Source: Anthoceros angustus
Taxonomy: Eukaryota; Plantae; Anthocerotophyta
Direction: 5' to 3'
Assembly (NCBI GenBank): GCA_010909165.1
Contig: MU008184.1
Location: 62,001 to 126,000 of the forward strand
Length of the DNA: 64,000 nt
In this document: piece by piece, positions 1 to 22,447 of the stretch
Numbering within the stretch: position 1 is the first letter of the stretch
How the letters are laid out: every line of letters begins with the position of its first letter
Program-made: the position numbers and the translations under genes
Notes under the pieces: generated by a model
What the model was told of the DNA's origin: nothing
The model's database searches: none
What the model saw: the letters and a program-made list of their open reading frames with translations, nothing else

Positions 1-9938
<9,938 letters not shown>

Positions 9939-10513
9939 CCCTCTGCCTCTATGCTGCTGTGAAGTTGAAGTTTGGAAGCTGCGGTCCCAGCTGCCCACAT
10001 GGCCCAATCCGCAGGGCCTGAAGCGAGCCTCCCACTCAAATCTCCTCTGGATTGCCAGCTGCTGCTGCTACTGCTCCTGCTCCTGCTCCGCTCTGCCTAC
10101 ATGTATCGTCCACCACAATTAGCTGTTCTTTTCACACGGCGGCAGGAAATGTGGGATCGCTGCACAAGTTGGAGGCAGAATTTGAAGGCTCTGTGGAATC
10201 TGCAACAAGTTGTAGCCAAAAGCATTTGGATATCCCTCGACCCGCTGGATTTCAGTTTGCATCGAGTCGCGGTCCAAGAAAGCACTGTGCCCATTGGGTG
10301 TGTGCATTCGTTTTTCGAGACGTGCCTCTCTTCCTTGTAAGCAGCTAGTCTATCATCTTCATTGGACGACGGGGGACATGCTGACATGTGCATGCCTAAG
10401 CTACGACGCTACTGTACGGTAGACGTATATATGTAGTTAATCTCGCTCACCCATGGATATGAAGCTGCGTGGTAAGTAGTGCACTGTGCGAGCAATGGAG
10501 GCCGCCTTGAAGG

Positions 10514-10975
10514 ATGGCGCATGGTCCGCCTGTCGGCCATGACCTTGCCGGGAATGCGTCAATGCGACTTGGTGGCGCCAAAAGCCTGCTCCCTTGCGCC
10601 AGCTCTTCGCTGCTGCATCGGATCGAGGCGGGACTCGGCATCGGGATCGGGAACTGGCCCTTGAGATACCAACGGCCAGCTCCTACCTCCATCTTCTTGC
10701 CGAAGACCATCTATCCGCACTGCTCGCTGCGTTCGTCGCTGCCGTTAGGGAGCATGACGACAGATCCGGGGACCGAGAAGAAAGATGCCGAGCAGCAGCA
10801 GCAGGTGGAGGCGTCTGAGAGCAAGCCGGAGGCTGAGGAGCTCGGGGATCCTCCGGAGAAGCCTCTGCCGGGGGACTGCTGCGGACAGGGATGCGTGAGA
10901 TGCGTTTGGGATGTGTATTTTGAGGAGCTAGCGGAATACAAAAAGCGCCAAGAGCTCTTGAAAATCCAGGACTGA
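10514..10975 (+). CDS. Oxidoreductase-like domain protein (PPxKPxPxDCCxxGCxxCVWDxY motif), single exon; start codon uncertain (10514, 10562 or 10754)
   Basis: C-terminus PPEKPLPGDCCGQGCVRCVWDVYFEELAEY matches the Oxidored-like domain. The N-terminal extension may be an organelle targeting peptide. Confidence 0.85.
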   Translation: MAHGPPVGHDLAGNASMRLGGAKSLLPCASSSLLHRIEAGLGIGIGNWPLRYQRPAPTSIFLPKTIYPHCSLRSSLPLGSMTTDPGTEKKDAEQQQQVEASESKPEAEELGDPPEKPLPGDCCGQGCVRCVWDVYFEELAEYKKRQELLKIQD

Positions 10976-11101
10976 TCAGCATGTATCCGGGCCGGGAGCA
11001 AGGCAAGGCTGTCACATTTCCATGAGGTCTCTTGGGAATCTTCACATTTTTACAACTACACTATGAACTGCCAATGCGGCTGGCAAGGAGTATCTAACGA
11101 T

Positions 11102-13480
11102 CTAGCTTTCTAAATACCCTGAAACGCCTGCGCATTCCCGGAGACCGCGCCTGCCTTGGTTGTTATCAGGTCACCACTATCCAAAGGCACCCCCTGTGTC
11201 CAGCGGCGGATCATTTCAAGGGAGTTCTTAGGCTGGTCCATTGGCACCATGTGACCTGCATCATGGACCTGCACACGAAAGAAGACCTGTTACTCTCGCT
11301 CTTGCTGCATGAAGGTGATAAGGTAGCAATTGGTAGGAGGGATTTACCTTGAGGAATGTCAGTGGTCCATAGCTTGTTACTGAACCAGCCTCTTTGTTAT
11401 CGACCAAGAAGGGCTTCCATGGTGACTTAGCATACTCTTGCTGACCGGACCAGGGCATTGCTGTCACCCACCTTGAATTCCCTGCGCACTCAAAACCACA
11501 ACGTAGAATGTTGCGTGTCATGTCAGGCTGTAACACTTGCATTCTTTTTGTATTGATTCCACGACAAGAAGGGATTCTTCCGTACCTAGCCAATTGCAAA
11601 TGAGGTCGTACTCCCCGGCATACACAAGCAACTGGAGGCCGTCTTCCAACAGCTCTGGGATTCCCGTCTCCAAGTTCCGCATCCAGTCGATCAGCATGGC
11701 CTGGTACACTACGGGGCTGCAGGACACAAATTTCCGGTTGCCAACTCCGAGAGCCTCCCTTGTGGCAGGTAGGTTCATAAATACGTCCAAGTTTGAGAAG
11801 TCGTAGCATAGTTGTCCTGTGCACTCCTTCCGAATGTCGTAATACTGGGAAGCAGATGGCAAAGTTAGCAAGACCTGTTCTACCAGCTGTAACATGAAAC
11901 TGACTAGCCAGAAAAGAAACCAGTACATCATCCGAAGCCGAGGGTTTTGCCAGTTCAGCAGTGGCTCACATTAATGTTACCAGCAACTGACATAATAGAA
12001 TTGAAGATGCTATTGCAAATGAAGTATGCAGCAAGACATGTGACTGTCCCCTCCGTTCCTGCATACACTCAAATAGGACACATCAAGGCTTGTAGCGATA
12101 TAGGCAAAAGCTCTCAGTCAGATGACACAGATGAGAGACTCTGAGTGTGTGTCATGAAGAGGTTTGTATTACTCCAACAGTCTTAAACAGAACCTGGCAA
12201 CTTACCGCAAAGTTTGATTGCGGTTTGACAAGCTGGATAAATTTTTTCCACGCGTTTGTAGTCCTCTTTAGTGATTATCCCATTATCCAATGCAAAATCT
12301 GCATAAGCTTCGTACTGGATATCCGGTTGCGTAAGGCCGTTACCAATAGCGAAACCCTAGATCACAAGGGCAACAGACGTCAAAAGAACGTGCCACATTA
12401 AGCTGCAAACACAGGATTTGACAAAAGTTTGTTTCTTTAAACCTTCAAGTTGATGCTAGCACCATCCTTCTTTATGGCCTGATGCAGCCGACTTGTTACC
12501 GCTGGCACATAGTGTCCAGCATAAGATTCCCCTGTTATGAAGAGATCATTCTTGGCATACGTAGGATGAGCCTCGAAAAATGCCTGCCTCAAACAAAAAA
12601 AGCAGCCTTCAGTCGTAAGTGCTCATCCAAATACCTGAAAGCAGCAAATACCAGAACACGAGATTCACAATGCATACCTGAAAGAAGTCATACATATCCT
12701 CAGCAACACCTTGCTCATCATGCCTGATGTCCCGCAAATCGGTACTGTAACTGAAGCCGGTTCCAATTGGCTGATCCACGAACAAAATGCTTGATGCCTG
12801 GCACAAGGGCAAAAACTCTCAACAACCCATTCGTCTTCGCAGCATTCAAGTCCTCAACTTAGCATCCTGCAATTGAGCAGGACACACACCTTGTCCCAGC
12901 CGTAGTCATTCCACACCAAAGTAAGGTCGTCGGTGATCTGAAAAGGTCCATTTTCATAGAACAGGGCCAATTCACTAGCACAACCTGGTCCTCCGGTCAT
13001 CCACAAGATGAGCGGATCCTTAGTTTTGTCCCCTCTTGATTCAAAGAAAAAGTAGAACATCCTGCAGAAGGAGCCATGCGGTGAGCAAGTGCATACAAGA
13101 TGACGTCAGGGAAACAGTGCAAGGAAAATGGCAACGCACTTAGCAGCATGGGTTCTTTCCAACTGGAAGTAGCCCGCATATTGCCCCAGCTCGTCAGTGG
13201 AGATGGAAGCGTTCCCCTGAATGTCCAGGTGAACTCGCTTCTCAAGCAGCCTGGGCCCCTCGAGAAAATTCTTGTCAATTTCCCCGTCGACAATTCCTTC
13301 GGCCACGCCGGGGAGCAGGTTGAGAGCCTTGATGAGGCGCTCCGCCTGGCCTTGGGGAGACCTATCGTACCCACCAGACATCCTGGGCAACTTCAACCTG
13401 CTGATCGCAGAGATGCTGAGAGGCATACAGAGCAGCAGAACCAGCGGCAGAAACGCCCACAGACATCCCGCCGACTTCAT
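11102..13480 (-). CDS. Serine carboxypeptidase-like protein (peptidase S10, SCPL48/49-like), multi-exon, signal peptide
   Basis: Motifs WMTGGPGCASE, DQPIGTGFSY, ITGESYAGHY (catalytic Ser), GEYDLICNWLG (Asp), AGHMVPMDQP (His). Stop TAG at 11102-11104. Confidence 0.95.
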
Positions 13481-14653
13481 GGCTCCCGACCTTCCTTACT
13501 GCCACAGCGAGCCTCCCCCCTTGTTTTATACAGAGTCCTGTCCAATTCTGCACTTGAGGCAATGAAAGAATCTTGTGCAAAGTTCCAGCCGAATAAGAGT
13601 TTATTTCAAGGAGACGGCCCGTCGAAACGGTCACAAAGTTTAGTTGCTATTTCGCTGAATAGGCAGCAAAATTCAGTTGGCATTCATGACTCAACGTAAG
13701 TGCTGTGAGCAGCGACATCATACTAGGTAGTATGTACATGGCTGCCAATGATCAACCATGTTCGGGTAATTCTGTCAAATGCTGCAAATCTTTCGTGGCC
13801 TGCAGCTGGAGAGGTCTCGGTTGGAGCTGGCTGGCCGTACTAATCTGCTGCTATCGGGTGTTTCCCAGATGTTCGTGATGCTATCTGATAGGTTATCCGA
13901 AGTAGAGACTTAGTACCGTAGGTACCCCAGATAGAGACTTGGTGAACCATGATCACACGATGTATCCTTAGTAACGGCTTGTCAGGACGCCCTTCCTTGT
14001 TATGAGATCACGCCGAAGGAGGTCATCTGTTCTATCGAGAAAGCATGCTCTTATGGTGAAGCGGCTCTTGAAGGCACACAACGCTGAGGATGGCGTCGTG
14101 TGGTGATCACGCTGAGTGCTTTCCAAACCCATGCAGTCATTGAAAGTTGAAACCTCAAACCATGGAGACTGCGGGTGTGCTGATGGCCAATGGATACTAA
14201 TATGAAACTGCTGGTACTACCAGTGTCCAGTGGCTAGGAGGAACTGCCCCTCTGTGACATGCGGGGAGACTCTTGTCCTCGTCCACACCTGCTTCCAAGT
14301 GCTACTAAGCCTTCAAATTGTCCCGGAATAAGCCCCTCGAACGGCTTTGGCTGTGGACCGTCGGACAAGCGCCCTCTCTCGAGTCCGGATCCCATTCGAG
14401 ACCTGCAGGTCTTTCAAGTCCTGCGAGTCTCCTGAGAGGCTACATTGGGATGTCATCGTAGGGTATTTGAGGACACACCGGCTGAATTTTTCGTCTCGGC
14501 CTCTGTTGACAACTTGAGAATAATTGTTGGGAAGGCAAATAAGCGCAAGAAGGGTGGCACAAGTAACGGAGGAGGGCTGCGCTGGCGGGGTAATTGAAGG
14601 AAGAGAGCCGTTAGGGGTAAGCATACGACCCTATGAGGCGAAACAGTTTTGGG

Positions 14654-16050
14654 GGTGATACACTAGAGACCACCCGTCATGAACTTCATGACGGGTGGTC
14701 TCTAGTGTATCACGCTTGCAAAGTCTCTCTTTTAAGTGTCACTAGTGTATCACCGATGCGGCACAAATGGACCCAGCTACCTTAAAAACATCTCAAGCGC
14801 TCTACTCCGTAAGGGGAACCCGGATGGGGTACCTTGAGAGAAATGCCTTTGGTGCTAGTAGTTTAATGTATTCCATAGGGCAAGTTGCCCAAGGAACCGA
14901 GTCCCATGGCAGCATGTCCATCTTTAGAGGACTTCAACTAAATTTGTTTGTTTGGCATACTAGTGACACTCTTGCGGTACACGCCCCGTAATTGTGGCTC
15001 GTGCAACACTGCTTGCGATAGCGTTTGAATTGTGAATAACACCAATAAGCAAGAATTGAATACTTTTCACAAACCCTCTCCGTTTGCCTTGCGAAAGGGT
15101 ATGCACGCCTTTGCAAAGCTCGCCGATTTCTCAAAGATTTGCCTACATGTTGTAGTCATTTCCAGCAGGAAACTCTTCTGCATGCTCAGGATATGGTAGT
15201 ACTCTCTCCCCCTCTCACATAAAGCTACATGTGTGCTTATATTCTCAAATGTTACAATTTGTGCCTGTAGTTGCAAGTAGTGGACGTTTGCCCTTGCAAT
15301 AGACTATGTTAAGTAACTCATCAATTCTGGTCACTATGCCTCGTATAAGCCATCGTAAACAGGTACTGGAGACAGTGGCTCAAGGTTTGGATTTGAGTAT
15401 AATAATGGAGGCTGATGGTTTCGAAGAAAATCCTCACATGCAAATTGCAATCAACCAAACAGACCAAGCAAACTTGCAATTGATTTTCAATAGTTGTCCA
15501 TTACTTTTGCAATGGTTAGAGATCGATGTATTCATGCATTGAGCAAAGAACAAACTTAGGACATGGTACACATTGTTCTTCAAAATGAAGGCATGTTATA
15601 TGTTGTTCTTTAAAAAGAGGACAGGTTACACATTGTTTTTCAAAAAGAAGACATTTTACACATTGTTCTTCCCAAAGAATGGCTAAACTTAAGTAACAAA
15701 CCCTTAATGCGCAACTTTTCCACTGCTATAAAAAAAGATGGCAACAACAACAACCATATAAGCCTAAATTTCATCAAGTAATTAGTTTGCTTAAAAAGCT
15801 CAACCATAAGCATACATTGCCTAGCGGATCTCGCAGCGCAATCTATATATTGAACATCAGTGCGCATTTGTTTGAGCTTGAGTCTTTGCTCCATCTTTGT
15901 AGACCCCTGTTGAAATCAAAATTTCATTAGCTTGAGTCCTTCTTCATACTAAATTCTATTTCTGGTAGGTGATTTTGGTTGTGTAGGGAAATCACATATC
16001 ATTGCATAGTTCTCTGAGTCAAATTGGTCCATATGTTGTTAGTCCCTATG
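14654..16050. mobile_element. Possible internally deleted DNA-transposon relic (PIF/Harbinger-like)
   Basis: Repeated 'atacactag/ctagtgtat' motifs at the left end. Short + strand fragment MPRISHRKQVL (15306-15542) resembles a Harbinger transposase N-terminus, with a convergent coiled-coil-like fragment at 15640-15894. No catalytic motifs seen. Confidence 0.25.
14655..14713. repeat. Perfect inverted repeat: 29-bp arms, 1-nt spacer
   Basis: gtgatacactagagaccacccgtcatgaa-c-ttcatgacgggtggtctctagtgtatcac. A further copy of the arm end (ctagtgtatcacc) lies at 14742-14754. Confidence 0.97.
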
Positions 16051-16499
16051 GAATACCGATCTTGTCATGGGGCATCCACATTTTTTTAGGGTTGTGGACA
16101 GAAAGAAATAGTCCCGACGCATACGGCAAAACTATTTTGATATGTCACGACGCATGACCATATCGGTCGGGGATGCGGCCCCCCGGTGTCCTGATGTCGT
16201 CAACCTACCCCATAATGCACGAAAAGATTTCACGATACACAGAAACTTTTCTTCTCTCGGGTTTAGGGTTGCGTTTAGGTCATTTGCGTTGCCGCGCCAT
16301 TGCGGCACGCAATATTCCATATTTGGCGCGACATCCACATTTTTTTAGGGTTGTCAGCGGTTGCGTTAATGCTACGCTTACCGTTTGCAATGGCGTTTGT
16401 GCCGCATCATCGTCAGGTTTGCGCGGCGTGAAAGTTGCTTGCTCACGCAGTGTTTGGCACTGGCTTCATACAGGGCTGGAATGTTTCCTAGGCCTGCTG

Positions 16500-18000
16500 C
16501 CTATGGGGGTGCAGTTTCACATAGCACTAACTACCCCGAAACAAGCTTGTACCAGAAGGACCAGCAGAGAAGGGCTTCCATGAAAACAATCGCACACATA
16601 TAAGGCTTGTACCCAAAAAAGCCTACAGTGCACAAGCGTACAGTTCAAAGAGCCTACTGGACTACATAATGCAGTAGGGTGATCCCTGTCCACGCCCACG
16701 GCGTAGCTTCACCCTGCGTCCACTGCTGGAGGTATTCGGGCAGTGCCTCCCCCCTGCTCCTGCACTCCCTGCACAAGGTCGTTAGTACCAAGTGCAGATG
16801 GTACATATCGAGGAGGAAGTTCATGCCCTCCAAGCCTTTCGCATAGGCATTGTCCCTCGTGACATGCAGTTCCTGCACGGTGCAGGAACTGCAGTGACGG
16901 TGCACAGCAGTGGCACACACGTTTGAGTTTCTAGCAGCTGCAATGCTCAAGGGATGGAACCTTACATGATGGAAAATAACTGCAACCTACACACAGAAAG
17001 ACATGTGTGCTGCAGTTGAGGACTCACCCCGGACAACAACTCAATCACGCCTAGCGGTGGGATCTCGGGGGCCACGTTCTATGCATATTGAGGACCACAG
17101 ACATCAAACTCCTCGCCATCATCCTCCGCAGTCCCACATGCGGGTGGCTGCACCCACCCTTGGAGCCGAGCCTCTTCCTGGAATGCTATTGCAGGCACAT
17201 GGCCGGGGATGTCCTGGTCCGAGGCCCTTATCCTGTGCACCATGTGCCTGTTCCACACCTGCCTCCAACATTCCAGCTCCACCCTCATGGTGAGCATGAA
17301 GGTGACAAGAAAACTTGTATGTTGGACACCATAATCAGTGTCAAGGCAGATCATTGTGACCTGCACAATTTCACAGAGGCCAACAAACGTTGCACAGGTG
17401 CCACTTTTCTCGTATCACGCAGTGAATGGTGCATCATAAGACTATTTTCCTTCATTTGCCGAGCTTGTAGGACCATCTCATCTGTGAAATCCTTTTGAAG
17501 TTGCTTGAAAAGTAAGACCCTTGCACAGAGTTAGTCCTGGCTGCCTGACTGAACAAAAATTGTGAAACAAAGGTGGCACACGGTAAGGATACAACACGCA
17601 ACTGTATGAACACGGCGTCTCTGCAAGATCTTGTGTGTGTCAGAGTCCAATTTCTGACCATCTCCAGCTCCATGACAGCTCTCCTTTTTGCTGTCCTTGT
17701 CCTTGACGCTGTTGACACAAGCCCTGAGACAAGCAGCAACTAAATTGTCACATGCCCACACCGCACAATCACCTAATATGCTCAGTGCACAAAAAGCGTA
17801 ACAATTCGTCCTCACATGTTTCATCTCCTAAGAGACGCAGGGTCACTCTGAGCGGGCATAGATGCAGCATGAGGAACAGGGTGTTGGATGTCAGGCCGGT
17901 CATGACAAAGCAGCCCCGGATGCGATTCAAATCATCTTCGTCTCAAGTCGCCCCATACATCCAATCGCAAGCATAAGCATCTTAGTAGTCAACCACACCG
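16500..18000 (-). mobile_element. Degenerate integrase-core/DDE-like transposon relic
   Basis: Fragment ELECWRQVWNRHMVHRIR...PGHVP..F (17079-17366) resembles the 'WNxHxIR...PxGxP' C-terminal motif of eukaryotic integrase-core elements. A QSDP fragment lies near 17845 and Cys-rich fragments lie downstream. The frame is disrupted. Confidence 0.3.
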
Positions 18001-19360
18001 AAACGTAGGGACTGCACCCATAGCCTCTCCGTACTGCACATACAGCGAAAGCAACACGTCTAAGCGAAGGATTTGCGTTCAGTTTCTCGGCCAACGAGGG
18101 CCATACTTGCGAACAAAAATTTGTGTATGTGTGTCTTGCCCGCCTGTTTAACATGCGTGTGTGGTGATCGGATGGAAACCGTAAAACCCTAAACAATAAA
18201 ACATGTGCATGACACAATCGGAACACTAGGCCTATGAACATGTCATAGAAAGTTTTTGCCCCATGCATGAACGTACAGCAGCTGATGTGGCACATATTAT
18301 ACATGTATTGTATGCAAGTATCTGAAAGATGCCGTGGCATATTTCCGTAGCGTACACCAAAAAAAAAAACAAAGTCACACACACACTACCGTGTGATTGG
18401 ATCGGTATTTCATAAGTCCCTTTGTCGAAGAAGAAGTTTATTATAGTCCACTCTTCTTGAGAAGAAAAAGAAGAAGAGCTTTATTATAGTCCACCAAGAA
18501 CGGATAACTTTCATGGAATGAAATACAATATTACATATAAGGAGGACAAAATATCAAAAATAGTTTAAGGTAACACTATCTAGGATTTTCTAGTAGATGC
18601 ATCCTTTTTTTTTCTCAGTGAAAATGCATCCTCTTTTCACAGTTTCGAGATCTGAGGTGTGAGAACTTAATATCGTATCGTAGGCCTTGGACAAGGTAAA
18701 TTTTATTTTCTCAGTGAAACTGATCAATAGATTTCTTTAATGACTAGATGTAGGAAGCCTCTGAAATACGAGAAAGGGTGGGGATGCACAATTGCACATA
18801 CGAAGTTCCAATGGAAAGAACCTCCTGGACAAGGCGAGTCATGTGTTATAGACTAACATCATTAGGGTTCACTAGCGGGTACAATAAGTGCGAGTCGTGG
18901 AACGCTGTTGCGCGCGAAGGTTCATGCAGTGAAACACGGAATCCAAGCTCACCAGCAAGTAGCAAAATGTGGTAATCGACTGCGATCCAGGCGAGGCACC
19001 CCACTTCCTCGCTGCTGCCTTGCAGCAATGTCGCTGTCAGATCCACCGGGACTTGCAGGAAAGGAAGGAGACGCATCCGCGAGCGCTGGGAGAAGGAAGT
19101 CCTCGAAGACTCCGCCGCTCAACACTCAGCAGCAGGAATCGAGTGTGCAACAGCCATCGCACTAGAGAGATCAGAGCAGAGCACACAGAGGACCCAGGGC
19201 ACACAGAGCAGAGCAGAACAGGAGCCTGGGCCTGTCAATCTGGCGTGTGTAGGTTCAAAAGTTCGTCAATCTGGCGTGGAGATCTTTGAGAAGGGGTTCG
19301 GGAAGTGGTGCCAAAAGCTGGCCGACTGTGGTGGCTTTGCTGTTTAGGCCTCGCTTTGCA

Positions 19361-21108
19361 ATGGCGTGGAATGTATTTAAATTTTGCACGGGCCTCCGAG
19401 TTGTAGGTTCCATCATGATTCTGGTGGTCCTTGCGGTTGTTGGAGTATCGTATTATGCTGTCGTCGTATCCAATTATGGCCCTGATCTGCTCAAAGGTGG
19501 TTCCCACGCTGTGACTGCGGTTTCGGTCCTCACCTGCTTCCATGTTCTGGTAAGCTGGGAGCAGCCTCCCTGCGGGTGTGTCGAGCTCCGTGCCTCTCTT
19601 GTGTTGTCGAGCTTGTTTTGATTGTGAGCATGTCTGCCGCTTGCAGCTGATGATGCTACTGTGGTGTTACTTTTCGGTGGTTTTTACGGATCCCGGTGGT
19701 GTACCTGCAAGCTGGAGACCCACAGACGTGGAGGAGGATGTTGAGGGCCAGACACTTCTGTCGGCAACCAATGCTACCCCTGGTGTGATCCCCATGAATC
19801 CTGCTGCAGCAGCTGCTAGCAATCCGCAGAATCCAAGATTTCGGTACTGCAGAAAGTGCTCGCAGTTTAAGCCTCCTCGCTGCCATCATTGCTCTGTCTG
19901 TGAGTATTTAGTTCCTTCCTCTTTGTAGTTGATGATTTGAGGCCGCTGTTTGGAAGACAGTTCTCAGTAGTGCGACACTGCCTGTAGTAGTGGTGTCTTC
20001 CTTTAGGTCAGTTTCTACAGCAATAGGCTGGTGAACTTCCATTTGTCCGCTTCCTCCAGGACTCAGGTGCTACTATTGTCCAACAGGGATTGGACGAAGA
20101 GTCTCATTTTAGTGAACTGCTGTTTTGGTCCAGGTGGGCGGTGTATTCTGAAAATGGACCATCATTGTGTCTGGGTTGTTAATTGTGTTGGAGCCCGTAA
20201 CTACAAGTTTTTTCTCCTTTTCCTGGTAGGTGTTGCGAATTAGATGTATGGTTGTCAATCTAGGGGCATTGTCATTTCTAAGTGGATTTCTCTATGCTGC
20301 TAACGCTGGTTATTGATGATCTGCAACAGCTCTACACTTTCTTGGAAACATTTTTGGTGACAGTTGCACTTCTTCCACATTTTATTTCCTTCTTTGGAGA
20401 TATTGATGAAGAGGGCACCCAACCTGGGAGCCTTGCCTCCACCTTTCTAGGCTTTGGTAGCTCATTTGACCCTAATCTGAATGTGAGACCTCATGTGCAT
20501 CTGCGATTGCAGCTTCTATTTTCTTTCATTTCTGACAACGTTTCGCTGTGTTGGCAGTTCTGAATCTTGCGTTTGCACTCAGTGTCCTGGGTTTCTTAAT
20601 TATGCACGTGTCATTGGTCTCCGGCAATACTACAACAATAGAGGTCAGTTCTGCATTTGTTTAGCTGGGCCTGGAGGCTCCATTGGTAGTCTTCTTATGG
20701 TCTAAGGGATTGTGAAGGTGGTGACGAGAGCCAAAGTGTACGATAAGTGGTCGGCAGATCACTTCATGACATTTGTGTTTGGTTGTATCACAGGCATATG
20801 AGAAAAAAGCATCAACTAGGTGGAGGTTTGACTTGGGTCGCAGAAAGAATTTTGAGCAGGTGCGCTCGCGTCTTTTCTTTGACTAGTCTCAACCCACCCG
20901 CCTACCAGGCATCTGAATGAACGTCTGCGTTTGCATTTGGATAGAGAGCTGCTTATCTGACTGTATGATTGTGCCTGAATAGGTCTTCGGCACAAGAAAG
21001 TTGTTCTGGCTACTCCCCCTTTATGCTGAAGAGGATCTGCGGAAGATGCTCGTCCTTCACGGACTCGATTACCCTGTGAGACCTGAAGTTGATGGACAAG
21101 AGTTCTAA
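19361..21108 (+). CDS. PAT14: DHHC protein S-acyltransferase (PAT13/14-like), 7 exons
   Basis: [13 protein letters not shown] start; [18 protein letters not shown]; [19 protein letters not shown]; NTTTIE motif; last exon [14 protein letters not shown]...GQEF* (TAA 21106-21108). Confidence 0.93.
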
Positions 21109-22447
21109 GCTGGCAGTGACATGAAAAAACGACACACCGTGGACTGTTATGTGGAAGTATCCCCCCGGCAATGGACAGCAGGCTCCTGTGCATGCTCCTT
21201 GGAGACAAGCACATGCGTACGAATATGTGGCCGCAAGGTTCTAGGAAACCCCTTGGACAAAACCGGGATCCAAAACCATGGGAGCTTCCTTTGCTGTGGG
21301 CGCTGCCCTGTTATGTTTTGCCATCATGTGGGCAAGAGAATGAAGACCAACCTGGTAGTGCAAGCGGTATCCAGGATGTCCCCAGGAGGGGCAGCCCGGG
21401 CACTGGTTCTCCTGTGTACACTGAATTGTGAAGTTCACACTGGCGAAGGGCAGCACCTGCTAGATGATCAAGTGTGAGCGGACTGGCTAATTTAACCTCC
21501 CTTGTCTCGGTAGGAATCTCTGAAAGCGTCTGGAGTGTCTGGTTTGCCCTCTGGATCCATCTGATACGAGGCAGGAAATTCCTTTCCACTGTACTGCATG
21601 TAGGGTACATGTGACCCTCTGGGTTCCTTGCATGTACTCCGGGCTGTACAAGTTGCCAGGAAGCGGGCCCGCCACACCTGCCGAGATGGGGCAGTGGGGC
21701 CCGGGCGCTGCCGAAGGGAGCGGTCCAACGCCAGCTGCCGCGTACAGTAGCTCAATCACAGTTTCACGACTCACGCACCGGCGTCCTGTGTCCTTTCCCC
21801 CTTCGCAGCCACCCAGATCCTGTGCGCTGCCCACCATGGCGCGCAGAAGGCGAGCGTGGCCTAGGAGACTGGTCCATCCAGCATGAGCGACTCTTATTAT
21901 CGCCGGTGCCAGCTGGAACGTGCCGTGCTCCAAATCGATCTCTCTCTCGGTCGTCTGTCATTATCCTCAAGCTTCTGATGAGCACAAGATGGAGAAATGA
22001 GATCGCCTTCAAGGAGGTAAAAATTGCGCTATCTCCGTCAGCGTTGCAGCGTCCCTGCCGCTCCCCTCTCTCCTCACTCTTTCCCGCGCCAGCCAGAACT
22101 GTTCACTCTCCACCTGCGGTGCAACGAGGAGGACACGCAGTGCCGGCAGCGGCTTCGACTCCTGTGATGGAGCAGAGAAGAAGCATCAGGCGGCATCCCC
22201 ATGACAGTTGCTTGAGCAGCAGGCGCCGCAATCTGCGTCCCGAGCAATGTGTGTCGAATGCTGCCTGCCCTCACGTGATCGTTGCTGGATCCGTCCTGCG
22301 CTGTGGGATGCAGCCCGGCTCCTGCCCTGATCGTTGCTCACTGCGGCTTGTCTTGTTCCCTGTCACAGATTGCTGATCGATGCGCTGAATACGGCGGGCA
22401 AGGGCAAGGGCAAGGGCGAGGGCGAGGGCGAGGCGAGCTCCGGCACC

